Origin: Aquifex aeolicus VF5
GTDB taxonomy: Bacteria > Aquificota > Aquificia > Aquificales > Aquificaceae
Length of the DNA: 32,000 nt
Direction: 5' to 3'
Assembly (NCBI RefSeq): GCF_000008625.1
Contig: NC_000918.1
Coordinates: forward strand, 1,050,001-1,082,000
A program made the position numbers and the translations under genes. Position 1 is the first letter of the stretch. The number at the start of each line of letters is the position of its first letter. Below the pieces are notes generated by a model. It was not told where the DNA came from. It worked only from the letters and a program-made list of their open reading frames with translations, and did not search any database. Positions 1-7,931 of this stretch are shown here, in pieces.

Positions 1-443
1 GACCGCCAGTCCGAAAGAGTTCAAGACAGGAGGAAGTGGCAGAGGTTTCAAGAAACTTAAAAGCCCTTGCAAAGGAACTTCACATTCCCGTTATGGCACT
101 TGCGCAGCTCTCCCGTGAGGTGGAAAAGAGGAGTGATAAAAGACCCCAGCTTGCGGACCTCAGAGAATCCGGACAGATAGAACAGGACGCAGACCTAATC
201 CTTTTCCTCCACAGACCCGAGTACTACAAGAAAAAGCCAAATCCCGAAGAGCAGGGTATAGCGGAAGTGATAATAGCCAAGCAAAGGCAAGGACCCACGG
301 ACATTGTGAAGCTCGCATTTATTAAGGAGTACACTAAGTTTGCAAACCTAGAAGCCCTTCCTGAACAACCTCCTGAAGAAGAGGAACTTTCCGAAATTAT
401 TGAAACACAGGAGGATGAAGGATTCGAAGATATTGACTTCTGA
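1..443 (+). CDS. dnaB: Replicative DNA helicase DnaB, C-terminal fragment (gene starts left of the window)
   Basis: The frame is open from nt 3. The translation EVAEVSRNLKALAKELHIPVMALAQLSREVEKRSDKRPQLADLRESGQIEQDADLILFLHRPEYY matches the RecA-fold C-terminal motifs of DnaB (SRxLKxLAKEL, QLSR, LRESGxIEQDAD). It ends in a long acidic tail. Confidence 0.85.
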   Translation, partial: PPVRKSSRQEEVAEVSRNLKALAKELHIPVMALAQLSREVEKRSDKRPQLADLRESGQIEQDADLILFLHRPEYYKKKPNPEEQGIAEVIIAKQRQGPTDIVKLAFIKEYTKFANLEALPEQPPEEEELSEIIETQEDEGFEDIDF

Positions 444-461
444 AAATTAAGGTTTTATAAT
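433..461 (+). promoter_or_regulatory. Sigma-70-type promoter for tRNA-Asn (TTGACT, 17 nt, TATAAT) overlapping the dnaB stop codon
   Basis: TTGACT lies at 433-438 and TATAAT at 456-461, with an exact 17-nt spacer. The predicted transcription start is a few nt upstream of the tRNA 5' end at 475. Confidence 0.45.
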
Positions 462-474
462 TTTATCTTGGCTA

Positions 475-550
475 TCCGGGGTAGCTCAATCGGCAGAGCG
501 GGTGGCTGTTAACCACCTGGTTGGGGGTTCGAGTCCCTCCCCCGGAGCCA
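475..550 (+). tRNA. tRNA-Asn (anticodon GTT), with genomically encoded CCA
   Basis: Hand-folded 76-nt cloverleaf. Acceptor TCCGGGG/CCCCGGA. D stem GCTC/GAGC. Anticodon stem GGTGG/CCACC with loop CTGTTAA. 5-nt variable loop. T stem GGGGG/CCCTC (one G-U pair) with loop TTCGAGT. Discriminator G followed by CCA. Confidence 0.95.
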
Positions 551-572
551 TTTCCACAATACAATAATTCCT

Positions 573-1361
573 ATGTACCTTGTATACGCCCTGAGTTTAG
601 CTTTTACTTTATCCGTATTCCTCAGCGTGTTCAGTCTATATTACCTCTTTAACCGCTCCCTTGACATTAACTTCGTCCCGAAGGTTAAAAAAGAAGAAAG
701 TGTGAATTTGGCAAATCTTCAGGGGAAATTGAAGGAGATATTCAATTACTCCGTTCAGGAAGTAAAAACCTCAAAACCTTCGGTGAGCTCCGCTGTTTCT
801 CCGCCTTCGTTCAAGGTCAAAGGAATTATAATTTCGGAAAGGATAAGGGGTGTGATACTCGAAGAAGGTTCAAAAGATGTTTTCTTATCCGAAGGTCAAT
901 CTTTCAAGGGCTACAAGCTTGCAAAGGTAGAAAACGATAGGGTAATTTTTGAGAAAAACGGTGTAGAATTTCCCCTAGAGTTTAAAGTAACGAAGGGAGA
1001 AAAGAGTTTAACTCAAGTAAACCCTACTCTTTCAAGCCTTCCCTCGGAAATCGTGGTAAGTAGGAGGGAAATTCTGGAACTCACCAAGGACCCCGCGAAG
1101 ATGTTCACTCAAATACGCTTAGTGCCTTACATAAAAAATGGAAAAACCGAGGGCTTTATATTCGAGTGGGTAAAGCCCGGAAGTTTGTTTTACAAGCTCG
1201 GGCTGAGGAGAGGAGACATTCTCGTTTCCATTAACAACACTACGATAAGGAGCGGAGAGGATGCCTTCAGGATACTGCAAATGATAAGGAACGAACCTAA
1301 CTTAAAAGTAGAGCTTATCAGAAGAGGTAAAAGGGAGGAGATAAATGTCCGAATTGAGTGA
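573..1361 (+). CDS. GspC-like type II secretion / pilus assembly protein (N-terminal TM helix, HR/PilP-like beta domain, C-terminal PDZ)
   Basis: Hydrophobic N-terminus MYLVYALSLAFTLSVFLSVFSLYYLF. The central segment FKVKGIII..GVILEEG..VFLSEGQSFKGYKLAKVENDRVIFEKNG resembles the GspC HR domain. The PDZ-like C-terminus is GFIFEWVKPGSLFYKLGLRRGDILVSINN. It lies immediately upstream of, and overlaps, the GspE-type ATPase gene. Confidence 0.6.
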   Translation: MYLVYALSLAFTLSVFLSVFSLYYLFNRSLDINFVPKVKKEESVNLANLQGKLKEIFNYSVQEVKTSKPSVSSAVSPPSFKVKGIIISERIRGVILEEGSKDVFLSEGQSFKGYKLAKVENDRVIFEKNGVEFPLEFKVTKGEKSLTQVNPTLSSLPSEIVVSRREILELTKDPAKMFTQIRLVPYIKNGKTEGFIFEWVKPGSLFYKLGLRRGDILVSINNTTIRSGEDAFRILQMIRNEPNLKVELIRRGKREEINVRIE

Positions 1362-2754
1362 AAGCTTTGAGTACATAGTAGAAGAAGAAAACGAGAGGGA
1401 ACTCCTCGTAATCGTCCCTCAAAATTACAACTTTTTTGCAGTTGAGGAACTGAGATTTAAGAAGGGGAAGGACGTAAAACTAAAAGTTTTGAGCGAAGAG
1501 GAATACGCAAAGCTCATTCAGGACAGGATTTCCGGGGAAAACGTAGTACTTGAAGAGGAAGAAGAGAGGGAAGAAAAGAGCGAGGACATACTCTTCCAGA
1601 GGGACACATCACCTGCCGTAAGGCTGGTGAACACTGTTCTCATAAAAGCCTCTTCCGTTAACGCCTCGGATGTCCACTTTGAACCTTACGAGGACGAAGC
1701 GGTAGTCAGGATAAGGATGGACGGAGTTCTCCACGACTATACTAAGGTATCGCCTTCCCTCTATCAGGAAGTGGTATCCCGCATAAAAGTTATGGCAAAA
1801 CTGAACGTTGCGGAAAAGAGGATACCGCAGGACGGCAAAATAAGGGTGAAGATAGGAAAGAGGGACTACGATATCAGAGTTTCCGTAGTGCCGACCGTTT
1901 TTGGGGAAAGGGTAGTTCTGAGACTCCTTGAAAAGACTGGACAACTTTTAACACTCTCAGACCTCGGTTTATCGAAAGGAGACGAAGAAAAGGTGAGAAG
2001 ACTCGCGGAAAAGCCTTACGGAATAGTTCTCGTGACTGGTCCGACAGGTGCCGGAAAGTCCACTACTCTTTACGCTATGCTCCTTCACGTGAAAAACCCA
2101 AAGAAGAACATAATAACCATAGAAGATCCCGTGGAGTATCAGGTAAAAGGGATAAGCCAGATTCAGGTAAACCCGAAAGTCGGACTCACCTTTGCACAGG
2201 GACTCAGGGCAATCCTGAGGCAGGATCCAGACGTCATAATGGTGGGAGAGATAAGGGACCCAGAGACGGCGGAGGTAGCAGTTCAGGCGGCATTAACGGG
2301 GCACTTAGTTTTATCGACCCTTCACACAAACGACGCACCTTCTGCAATTACGAGGTTAAAAGACCTAGGTATAGAACCTTTCCTCATAGCCTCTTCCCTC
2401 GAAGGAGTTATAGCCCAAAGGCTTGTGAGAAAGATATGCAATAACTGCAAAGAGCCCTACAAACCCTCTAAGGAAGAAATAAGAGAACTGGGTCTTCCCG
2501 AGGAAGATTACACCTTCTACAGAGGAAGAGGTTGCGAACATTGCCTCGGAACTGGCTACAGGGGTAGAACCGGAATTTTTGAAGTACTAGAAGTGGATGA
2601 AGATATGAAGAAATTGATAAACGAAACTCAGGATTCTGTAAAAATAAGGCAATTTGCGAGGAAGAAGGGGTATAAAACTATGCTCGAAGATGGTATAGAA
2701 AAGATACTGAAAGGTATCACTACGAGCAGTGAAGTGCTGAGCGTTGTTAAGTGA
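1345..2754 (+). CDS. gspE: GspE/PilB-family secretion ATPase (type II secretion / type IV pilus assembly)
   Basis: Walker A GPTGAGKSTT, Asp box, Walker B DPDVIMVGEIRD, His box LTGHLVLSTLHTN and tetracysteine motif CNNC...CEHC. The SD AGGGAGGAG precedes the ATG at 1345. Confidence 0.85.
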   Translation: MSELSESFEYIVEEENERELLVIVPQNYNFFAVEELRFKKGKDVKLKVLSEEEYAKLIQDRISGENVVLEEEEEREEKSEDILFQRDTSPAVRLVNTVLIKASSVNASDVHFEPYEDEAVVRIRMDGVLHDYTKVSPSLYQEVVSRIKVMAKLNVAEKRIPQDGKIRVKIGKRDYDIRVSVVPTVFGERVVLRLLEKTGQLLTLSDLGLSKGDEEKVRRLAEKPYGIVLVTGPTGAGKSTTLYAMLLHVKNPKKNIITIEDPVEYQVKGISQIQVNPKVGLTFAQGLRAILRQDPDVIMVGEIRDPETAEVAVQAALTGHLVLSTLHTNDAPSAITRLKDLGIEPFLIASSLEGVIAQRLVRKICNNCKEPYKPSKEEIRELGLPEEDYTFYRGRGCEHCLGTGYRGRTGIFEVLEVDEDMKKLINETQDSVKIRQFARKKGYKTMLEDGIEKILKGITTSSEVLSVVK

Positions 2755-3293
2755 TGTTAAAATCTTTAACTATGGAAAACGTTAAGGTAGTTACGGGAGA
2801 AATAGAAAAGTTAAGGGAAAGGATTGAAAAGGTAAAAGAAACTCTCGACCTTATCCCGAAAGAAATCGAGGAACTGGAAAGGGAACTTGAAAGAGTTAGG
2901 CAAGAAATAGCAAAGAAAGAAGATGAATTAATAGCGGTAGCGAGAGAAATCAGACACAAAGAACACGAGTTTACGGAGGTAAAGCAAAAAATAGCCTACC
3001 ACAGGAAGTACTTGGAACGCGCAGATTCTCCAAGAGAGTACGAAAGACTTCTCCAAGAAAGACAAAAACTCATAGAACGGGCTTACAAACTCAGTGAGGA
3101 AATATACGAACTCAGGAGGAAGTACGAAGCCTTAAGGGAGGAGGAGGAAAAACTCCATCAAAAGGAGGACGAAATAGAGGAAAAGATACACAAGCTCAAG
3201 AAGGAATACAGGGCACTGCTAAACGAACTAAAAGGTCTCATAGAAGAACTGAACAGGAAGGCAAGGGAGATTATTGAGAAGTACGGTCTTTAG
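2754..3293 (+). CDS. Hypothetical highly charged coiled-coil protein
   Basis: About 180 aa, E/K/R/L-rich with heptad-like periodicity and no TM segment or catalytic motif. Its start overlaps the gspE stop (GTGATG/TGATG), suggesting translational coupling. Confidence 0.5.
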   Translation: MLKSLTMENVKVVTGEIEKLRERIEKVKETLDLIPKEIEELERELERVRQEIAKKEDELIAVAREIRHKEHEFTEVKQKIAYHRKYLERADSPREYERLLQERQKLIERAYKLSEEIYELRRKYEALREEEEKLHQKEDEIEEKIHKLKKEYRALLNELKGLIEELNRKAREIIEKYGL

Positions 3294-4095
3294 TCTCCTC
3301 TTTTTCTTTTCACTTCTATTTTCAAGTGAGTGGAGGTTCTTCAAAGAGGTAAGTTTTGAAGCCCTAATAAATGAATTACTAAACTATCAGGTGATATACC
3401 TGGGGGAGGTTCACGACAACGAAGAGATACACGAACTCCAGTTAAAGATTTTTAAGTCAATCCACGAAAGGTACAGGAATGTAATCCTCGCCATGGAGAT
3501 GTTCCAGCAACCCTACCAAAGATTTCTGGATGAATTCGTTGAAGGATATATAGACGAAGAAGAGATGCTGGAAAAAACCAGATACAAGAAAACCTGGGGG
3601 ATGAGTAAAAAGCTTTACGAAAAACTCTGGAATTACGCGGAGCGCTGGGGAATAAAGATAGTAGCTCTTAACGTACCCTTTGAACTTTTAAGAGAAGTTA
3701 GAAAAAGGGGAATAGAAAACGTAAAGAGCGTTTACCTGCCTCCTGAGATAGTCTATCCTCCCGAAGAGTACAGGGAATTTCTCTTAAAGGAATTAAAAAG
3801 GCATAAAAAGAGCAGTAAAAAGAGTTTTCTGGATATCCAAACCACTTGGGACAACGCAATGGCCTACAAGTTATTAAAGACCTTAATACTTCATCCTGAT
3901 TACAAAGTAATAGTTATAATCGGAAAGGGACACCTCTACAAAGGCTACGGCGTTCCCTACGTTTTGAAAAAGCTATATCCGGGCGTGAAGCAAGCTGTAC
4001 TTTATCCCGAAGAAAATGAAAAGTTTTACTTTCTGTTTTCCATAGACTTTTCTAAGGAGTACTCGTCGACGAATTCTATCAGGCTTCCGAATTGA
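3274..4095 (+). CDS. ChaN-family (Tiki/ChaN haem-binding-uptake superfamily, COG3016-like) secreted protein
   Basis: TTG start and signal-peptide-like N-terminus MRSTVFSLLFFFSLLFSS. Motifs YLGEVHDN (GExH), AMEMF, TWDNAMA and IGKGH fit the ChaN/Tiki superfamily pattern. Confidence 0.6.
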   Translation: MRSTVFSLLFFFSLLFSSEWRFFKEVSFEALINELLNYQVIYLGEVHDNEEIHELQLKIFKSIHERYRNVILAMEMFQQPYQRFLDEFVEGYIDEEEMLEKTRYKKTWGMSKKLYEKLWNYAERWGIKIVALNVPFELLREVRKRGIENVKSVYLPPEIVYPPEEYREFLLKELKRHKKSSKKSFLDIQTTWDNAMAYKLLKTLILHPDYKVIVIIGKGHLYKGYGVPYVLKKLYPGVKQAVLYPEENEKFYFLFSIDFSKEYSSTNSIRLPN

Positions 4096-4634
4096 AAGCC
4101 GTATGCAGTTCTCGTGATTTTTACCGCGGGAAACTTCCTCCTTATTAAACCCGCTATGTAGTTTGCGGTTGCCTCTCCCTCCACGTTGGGATTTGTAGCG
4201 AGTATAACCTCTTTTGGTTGATACTTTTTAATCCTTTCCATTAAAGCGTCTATCGTTAAGTCCTCCGCGGATATCCCTTCCAATGGTGCTATGTGTCCCT
4301 GAAGGACGTGGTAAACCCCCTTGTAGCGTTCCAATTTCTCTATTGCGTAAGCGTCCTGACTCTCTTCAACCACACATATGAACTTCTTTGAACGCTTTTC
4401 GTCGGAACATATGGGACATACTTCCCTGTCCGTTATCAAAAAACACTCCCTGCAAGGTCTCAAAACCTCAACGGCTTCGAGTACTTTCTCTATTATCTCT
4501 TTTCTCTTTTCCTTCTCAAGCTTCAAAAGGTTGTACATAAACCTGCTCGCTCCCCTTTCCCCGTAGGTTGGTATTTCCTTGATTCCTTCGAGTGCTTCTT
4601 TCAGGGATTTTGGGAATACATCCTCAAAGGCCAA
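4026..4634 (-). CDS. recR: Recombination protein RecR
   Basis: C4 zinc finger CRECFLITDREVCPIC and Toprim region CVVEESQDAYAIEK...ILATNPNVEGEATANYI, with the RecR-like C-terminus ITRTAYGFQFGSLIEFVDEYSL. I prefer the TTG at 4634, which is preceded by GGGAGGA 7 nt upstream, over the TTG at 4661, which has no SD. Confidence 0.85.
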   Translation of the reverse strand: MAFEDVFPKSLKEALEGIKEIPTYGERGASRFMYNLLKLEKEKRKEIIEKVLEAVEVLRPCRECFLITDREVCPICSDEKRSKKFICVVEESQDAYAIEKLERYKGVYHVLQGHIAPLEGISAEDLTIDALMERIKKYQPKEVILATNPNVEGEATANYIAGLIRRKFPAVKITRTAYGFQFGSLIEFVDEYSLEKSMENRK

Positions 4635-4923
4635 GTCCCAGTCCTCCCAAAAGTCCTCCAAAGCGTTTACTGAAGGCTTCCTTTACCTTGTCCCTCGCTA
4701 TGTCCTGAGCCTGATTTATAAGTTCTATCAGGACGGGCTTTAACTTCTCGCAGTCCTTTTCTTCTCCCTTAAACTCTATGTTTAATATCTCTCCAAGACC
4801 GTTGAAGACTATTTCCACTCCGTCCTTTTCAAGGATATCCTTTTCATCCCTCAGTTCCCTTTTTACCTCCTCCATAGTCTCCTGAAAGTTCTTAAACTGC
4901 TTCATAAAGTCGTATATATTCAT
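4624..4923 (-). CDS. ybaB: YbaB/EbfC-family nucleoid-associated protein
   Basis: 99 aa, MNIYDFMKQFKNFQETMEEVKREL...VEIVFNGLGEILNIEF.., with a Gly-rich tail. The classic ybaB-recR gene pair is present. Confidence 0.8.
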   Translation of the reverse strand: MNIYDFMKQFKNFQETMEEVKRELRDEKDILEKDGVEIVFNGLGEILNIEFKGEEKDCEKLKPVLIELINQAQDIARDKVKEAFSKRFGGLLGGLGLGL

Positions 4924-5510
4924 CTCTTAACCTCCAGAGCTTTCTTCGTTTCGTAAACCCTTTGAAAAACGGTTATCAAAGAACCAAGTGTAATGATAAA
5001 AAGTCCCAGTTTTAACAGTCCCAGGAGTATACTTCCCAAGAGAACTATCCACCTTTCCGTTCTCTCAAAAACTCCCCCAAGACCGTAAACACCGAGGCTT
5101 TCTGCCCTCGCCCTTGTGTAGCTCACACCGAACGAACTAATAAGAGCCAAAAAAGAAAGCAAAACTCCTGTCTCATCCCCGTAGGATGCGTAGTGAACAC
5201 CGAGAGCGGTGAAGGGCAGAGCGTCAGAGAACCTGTCAACGGTTGAGTCGAGAAACGCCCCGAACTCTGTTTTGAGATTTAGCCTCCTCGCCAGAGCCCC
5301 GTCTATACTGTCTGCCAAAGCACCGAGGAGAAGTAGCAGAAAGGCGAGGATTAGGTTTTCTAAGTACAGAAAGAAGGAACCGAGTCCTACCAGGAAAAGA
5401 CCGAAAAGTGTGATTAGATTTGGACTCACGTTGTACTTTCCGAAGAAGTTTACAAGGGGTTCCAAGAGTTCTTCGTAGTAGGGTTTTAACCTTCTCGTGA
5501 GCAGACTCAT
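4920..5510 (-). CDS. CDP-alcohol phosphatidyltransferase family protein (PgsA or phosphatidylinositol-phosphate-synthase-like)
   Basis: Signature DSIDGALARRLNLKTEFGAFLDSTVDRFSD (DxxDGxxARx8GxxxDxxxD) and multiple TM helices. The N-terminal PNLITLFG resembles PIP-synthase-type members. The specific substrate cannot be assigned. Confidence 0.8.
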   Translation of the reverse strand: MSLLTRRLKPYYEELLEPLVNFFGKYNVSPNLITLFGLFLVGLGSFFLYLENLILAFLLLLLGALADSIDGALARRLNLKTEFGAFLDSTVDRFSDALPFTALGVHYASYGDETGVLLSFLALISSFGVSYTRARAESLGVYGLGGVFERTERWIVLLGSILLGLLKLGLFIITLGSLITVFQRVYETKKALEVKR

Positions 5511-5517
5511 TTAAATA

Positions 5518-6003
5518 TCATTTTGCCATATCAACGCCAAGACTTCCTATTACCGCGAACACGTTAACGAGGAGTGTTGCTTTTATAAGCGTAGTTGTGT
5601 CCTTTATAAAGTCAGGGTATATCCCGAACATGAGCAAACACACAAGGGAAACGAAAAAGGAAATCCCCATACTCGTGATGAGTCTAAGGGGTACAAATCC
5701 CGCGACGTTTTGTTGTTCCCAGTTCTGGAGTTTGGAGTACTTTATGAATATAAAAACAAAGAATAGAACGAAGAAGTATATGAATAGAACTCTCAAGAGT
5801 GAAAGCCTCTGGGCAAGCTCCCACACCTCTTCCGTGAGGGAAAAGGGAAGCGCTATTACGGCGGCACCAATAAGTTCTTGAACCAAATCCGAAAACGTGA
5901 ACCTTTGAAGCGTGTGTCTTTCTTCGTATTCCCTGTGAAGGTCTTCAATCTTTTCCTCTATTTCTTTAATCCTTTCTTCCATCCTATTCAATTTATCCAT
6001 CAT
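5518..6003 (-). CDS. Integral membrane protein, DUF2391-like, with N-terminal coiled-coil
   Basis: The charged N-terminal 40 aa are followed by LIGAAVIALPFSLTEEVWELA and about 4 hydrophobic helices. The family assignment is from memory of the DUF2391/TIGR02587 motif. Confidence 0.5.
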   Translation of the reverse strand: MMDKLNRMEERIKEIEEKIEDLHREYEERHTLQRFTFSDLVQELIGAAVIALPFSLTEEVWELAQRLSLLRVLFIYFFVLFFVFIFIKYSKLQNWEQQNVAGFVPLRLITSMGISFFVSLVCLLMFGIYPDFIKDTTTLIKATLLVNVFAVIGSLGVDMAK

Positions 6004-6485
6004 TGTAGTTTTTTTATCATCCTTATCCAGTAGTTGTACCTGCCGCTCTCCTGAAAGCCGAACTTCTTGTAAAAGTTTATAGCCTTGTAGTTTTCGTCTC
6101 CTACCCAGAGCTCTGCAGTGTCAAGACCCTTCTTCTTGAAGTACTCCAGAATTGTGTTCATAAGAGCCGTTCCGACCCCGTGTCCCTGGTACTCAGGGTC
6201 AACAACGATTTCGTGTATTGCACCTACTCTCTTTCCTTCTCTTCTACTGAACCAGTTTGCGTCCCCTGCCCCAAAGCCCACTATCTTTCCGTCCACTTTT
6301 GCCAGGAATATGCCTTCTTTATCCCTGTTCCACAGCCACTTCAGGTAACTTTTTACGTCCTTTGGATGGGTGTAAGCGTACTCTTCAAGACCTTTATACG
6401 CCCTTAGGTAGAGATCTACAAGTTTAGGTAAATCCTCCTCCTTAGCCCGTTCTATCTTTAAATTAATCTGCGTCTTCTTACTCAT
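6000..6485 (-). CDS. GNAT-family N-acetyltransferase
   Basis: Acetyl-CoA binding motif [16 protein letters not shown] plus YKKFGF near the C-terminus. 161 aa. Confidence 0.8.
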
Positions 6486-7104
6486 ACCTTAGCACCTTAA
6501 AGCCTTCGGGTATACTTGGCTTAAACAACTCATCGGTAGGCGTGTAATTGCGAACAACTTCTATAAAGTTTATACTAATCTCAGAACCTTGAGCGTCGTA
6601 TGTTTTAAGTCCTAAAATTTCTCCGTCTTTTGAGAAATAAATCTTCACCTCCTTCACGTTCTCGTCCTTCTTTAAGGGCTTTAGGAGTAGTACCGTTTTA
6701 TCCCCTTCCTTAAATTCACCGATGGGTTTAAAAACTTTCTCCGGCTGTTCCGATAAGAAGAAAAGACTCGCTATAACGGGAGATGTGTTTCGCTTTATAC
6801 TCTCTATGTAAACGACCTTTTCCTCGAAGTTAACGAGTACAACTTTTTTCCTGTCCACGAATATACTAACTCTGTCGGGAGAGTAGTAATCTATCCTTAC
6901 CTTTCCCCCCTTTGAGGCGTAAAATATCCCCTTGCTCACGTCCGCTTTCGGATACCACTCGTACTTTACCTTCTGCACGAAGGAAACCTTAATCGTTTTC
7001 GTGTTTTCGTAAAGCTCTTTTAACCTTTGAAAGGTGTCAGAAAATACGAGTGTAATCGTTAAAAGGATTAATAAAATTAGCATACTCTTTATTTTAATTG
7101 ACAC
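6478..7104 (-). CDS. LolA-like outer-membrane lipoprotein carrier family protein
   Basis: Signal peptide [22 protein letters not shown]. The beta-rich body, with F.Q........SKG.FY....GKVRIDY..P......VDRKKV pattern, is typical of LolA. Confidence 0.55.
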
Positions 7105-7619
7105 CCGAGGAGTTTTTTCAGTCTACTCTCAAGCTCCTCCTTGCTTTTGTTTGTGTTAATTACGCAGTAATCTATCTCTTCGGGAGCTTCAAACTCCTCC
7201 TTTTGTTTCAGGTAGATGTTCCAGTCCGCATCCGAAACGTCCTTTCTGCTCTTTAGTCTCTCTTTTATCACTTCTTCGGGGGCAAAAGCTAAGATAAAAA
7301 AGGGATCCTTGAAGTTTTTTAAAACGAGTTCCCTCTGCCACCTCTTTATAAAAGTCGCGTCGAGAACTACTTTCTTTCCTCGATCTATTAACTCCTTTGC
7401 TCTCTTTACCATTTCCTCGTAAACTTTTTTCGTAATTTCTTTCGTGTATATCCCCTTTCCGTAATCCGCCTTTGCGCTTTCCTCGGGCTTTAAACCGGCG
7501 AGTTGCTTTCTAATTACGTCGCTCCTGAGCCACTCGTAACCGCACTTTTCGTGGAGTATTGAGGCAAGGAAGGATTTTCCACTTCCCGAGAGGCCGAAGA
7601 TAACTACAAGTTCCCTCAT
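7089..7619 (-). CDS. P-loop (AAA_33 / COG0645-like) predicted kinase
   Basis: N-terminal Walker A GLSGSGKS. 176 aa and small-molecule-kinase-like. No specific substrate motif was recognised. Confidence 0.65.
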
Positions 7620-7900
7620 GACTTTATGAAGTTCTTACTGGGTTTAAATAGGACTATTTTCCTCTCGGGAACCTCCACGATTTCCCTCTTTTTTATGTTC
7701 ATACCTTTCTTTGGCTTTCTTGTTTTTACTACAAAGGTACCGAAGCCGGATATCTTTACCTTTTCACCTTTTAGGAGACACTCCTGAATTATAGTGAAAA
7801 CTTCCGAGACGAGGTTATATACTTCCTTTTTCTGTATTTTTACGTTGTAATCCCTTATAAGGCGGTCGTAAATCTCTTCCGCTATTTCTTTTTTAGTCAT
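7616..7900 (-). CDS. HU/IHF-family DNA-binding protein
   Basis: 94 aa, [10 protein letters not shown]....[40 protein letters not shown]. It has the beta-arm with intercalating Pro typical of HU/IHF. Confidence 0.85.
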
Positions 7901-7931
7901 AGGAAGGTATTATAAGGGAAAGGGAAGGGGA

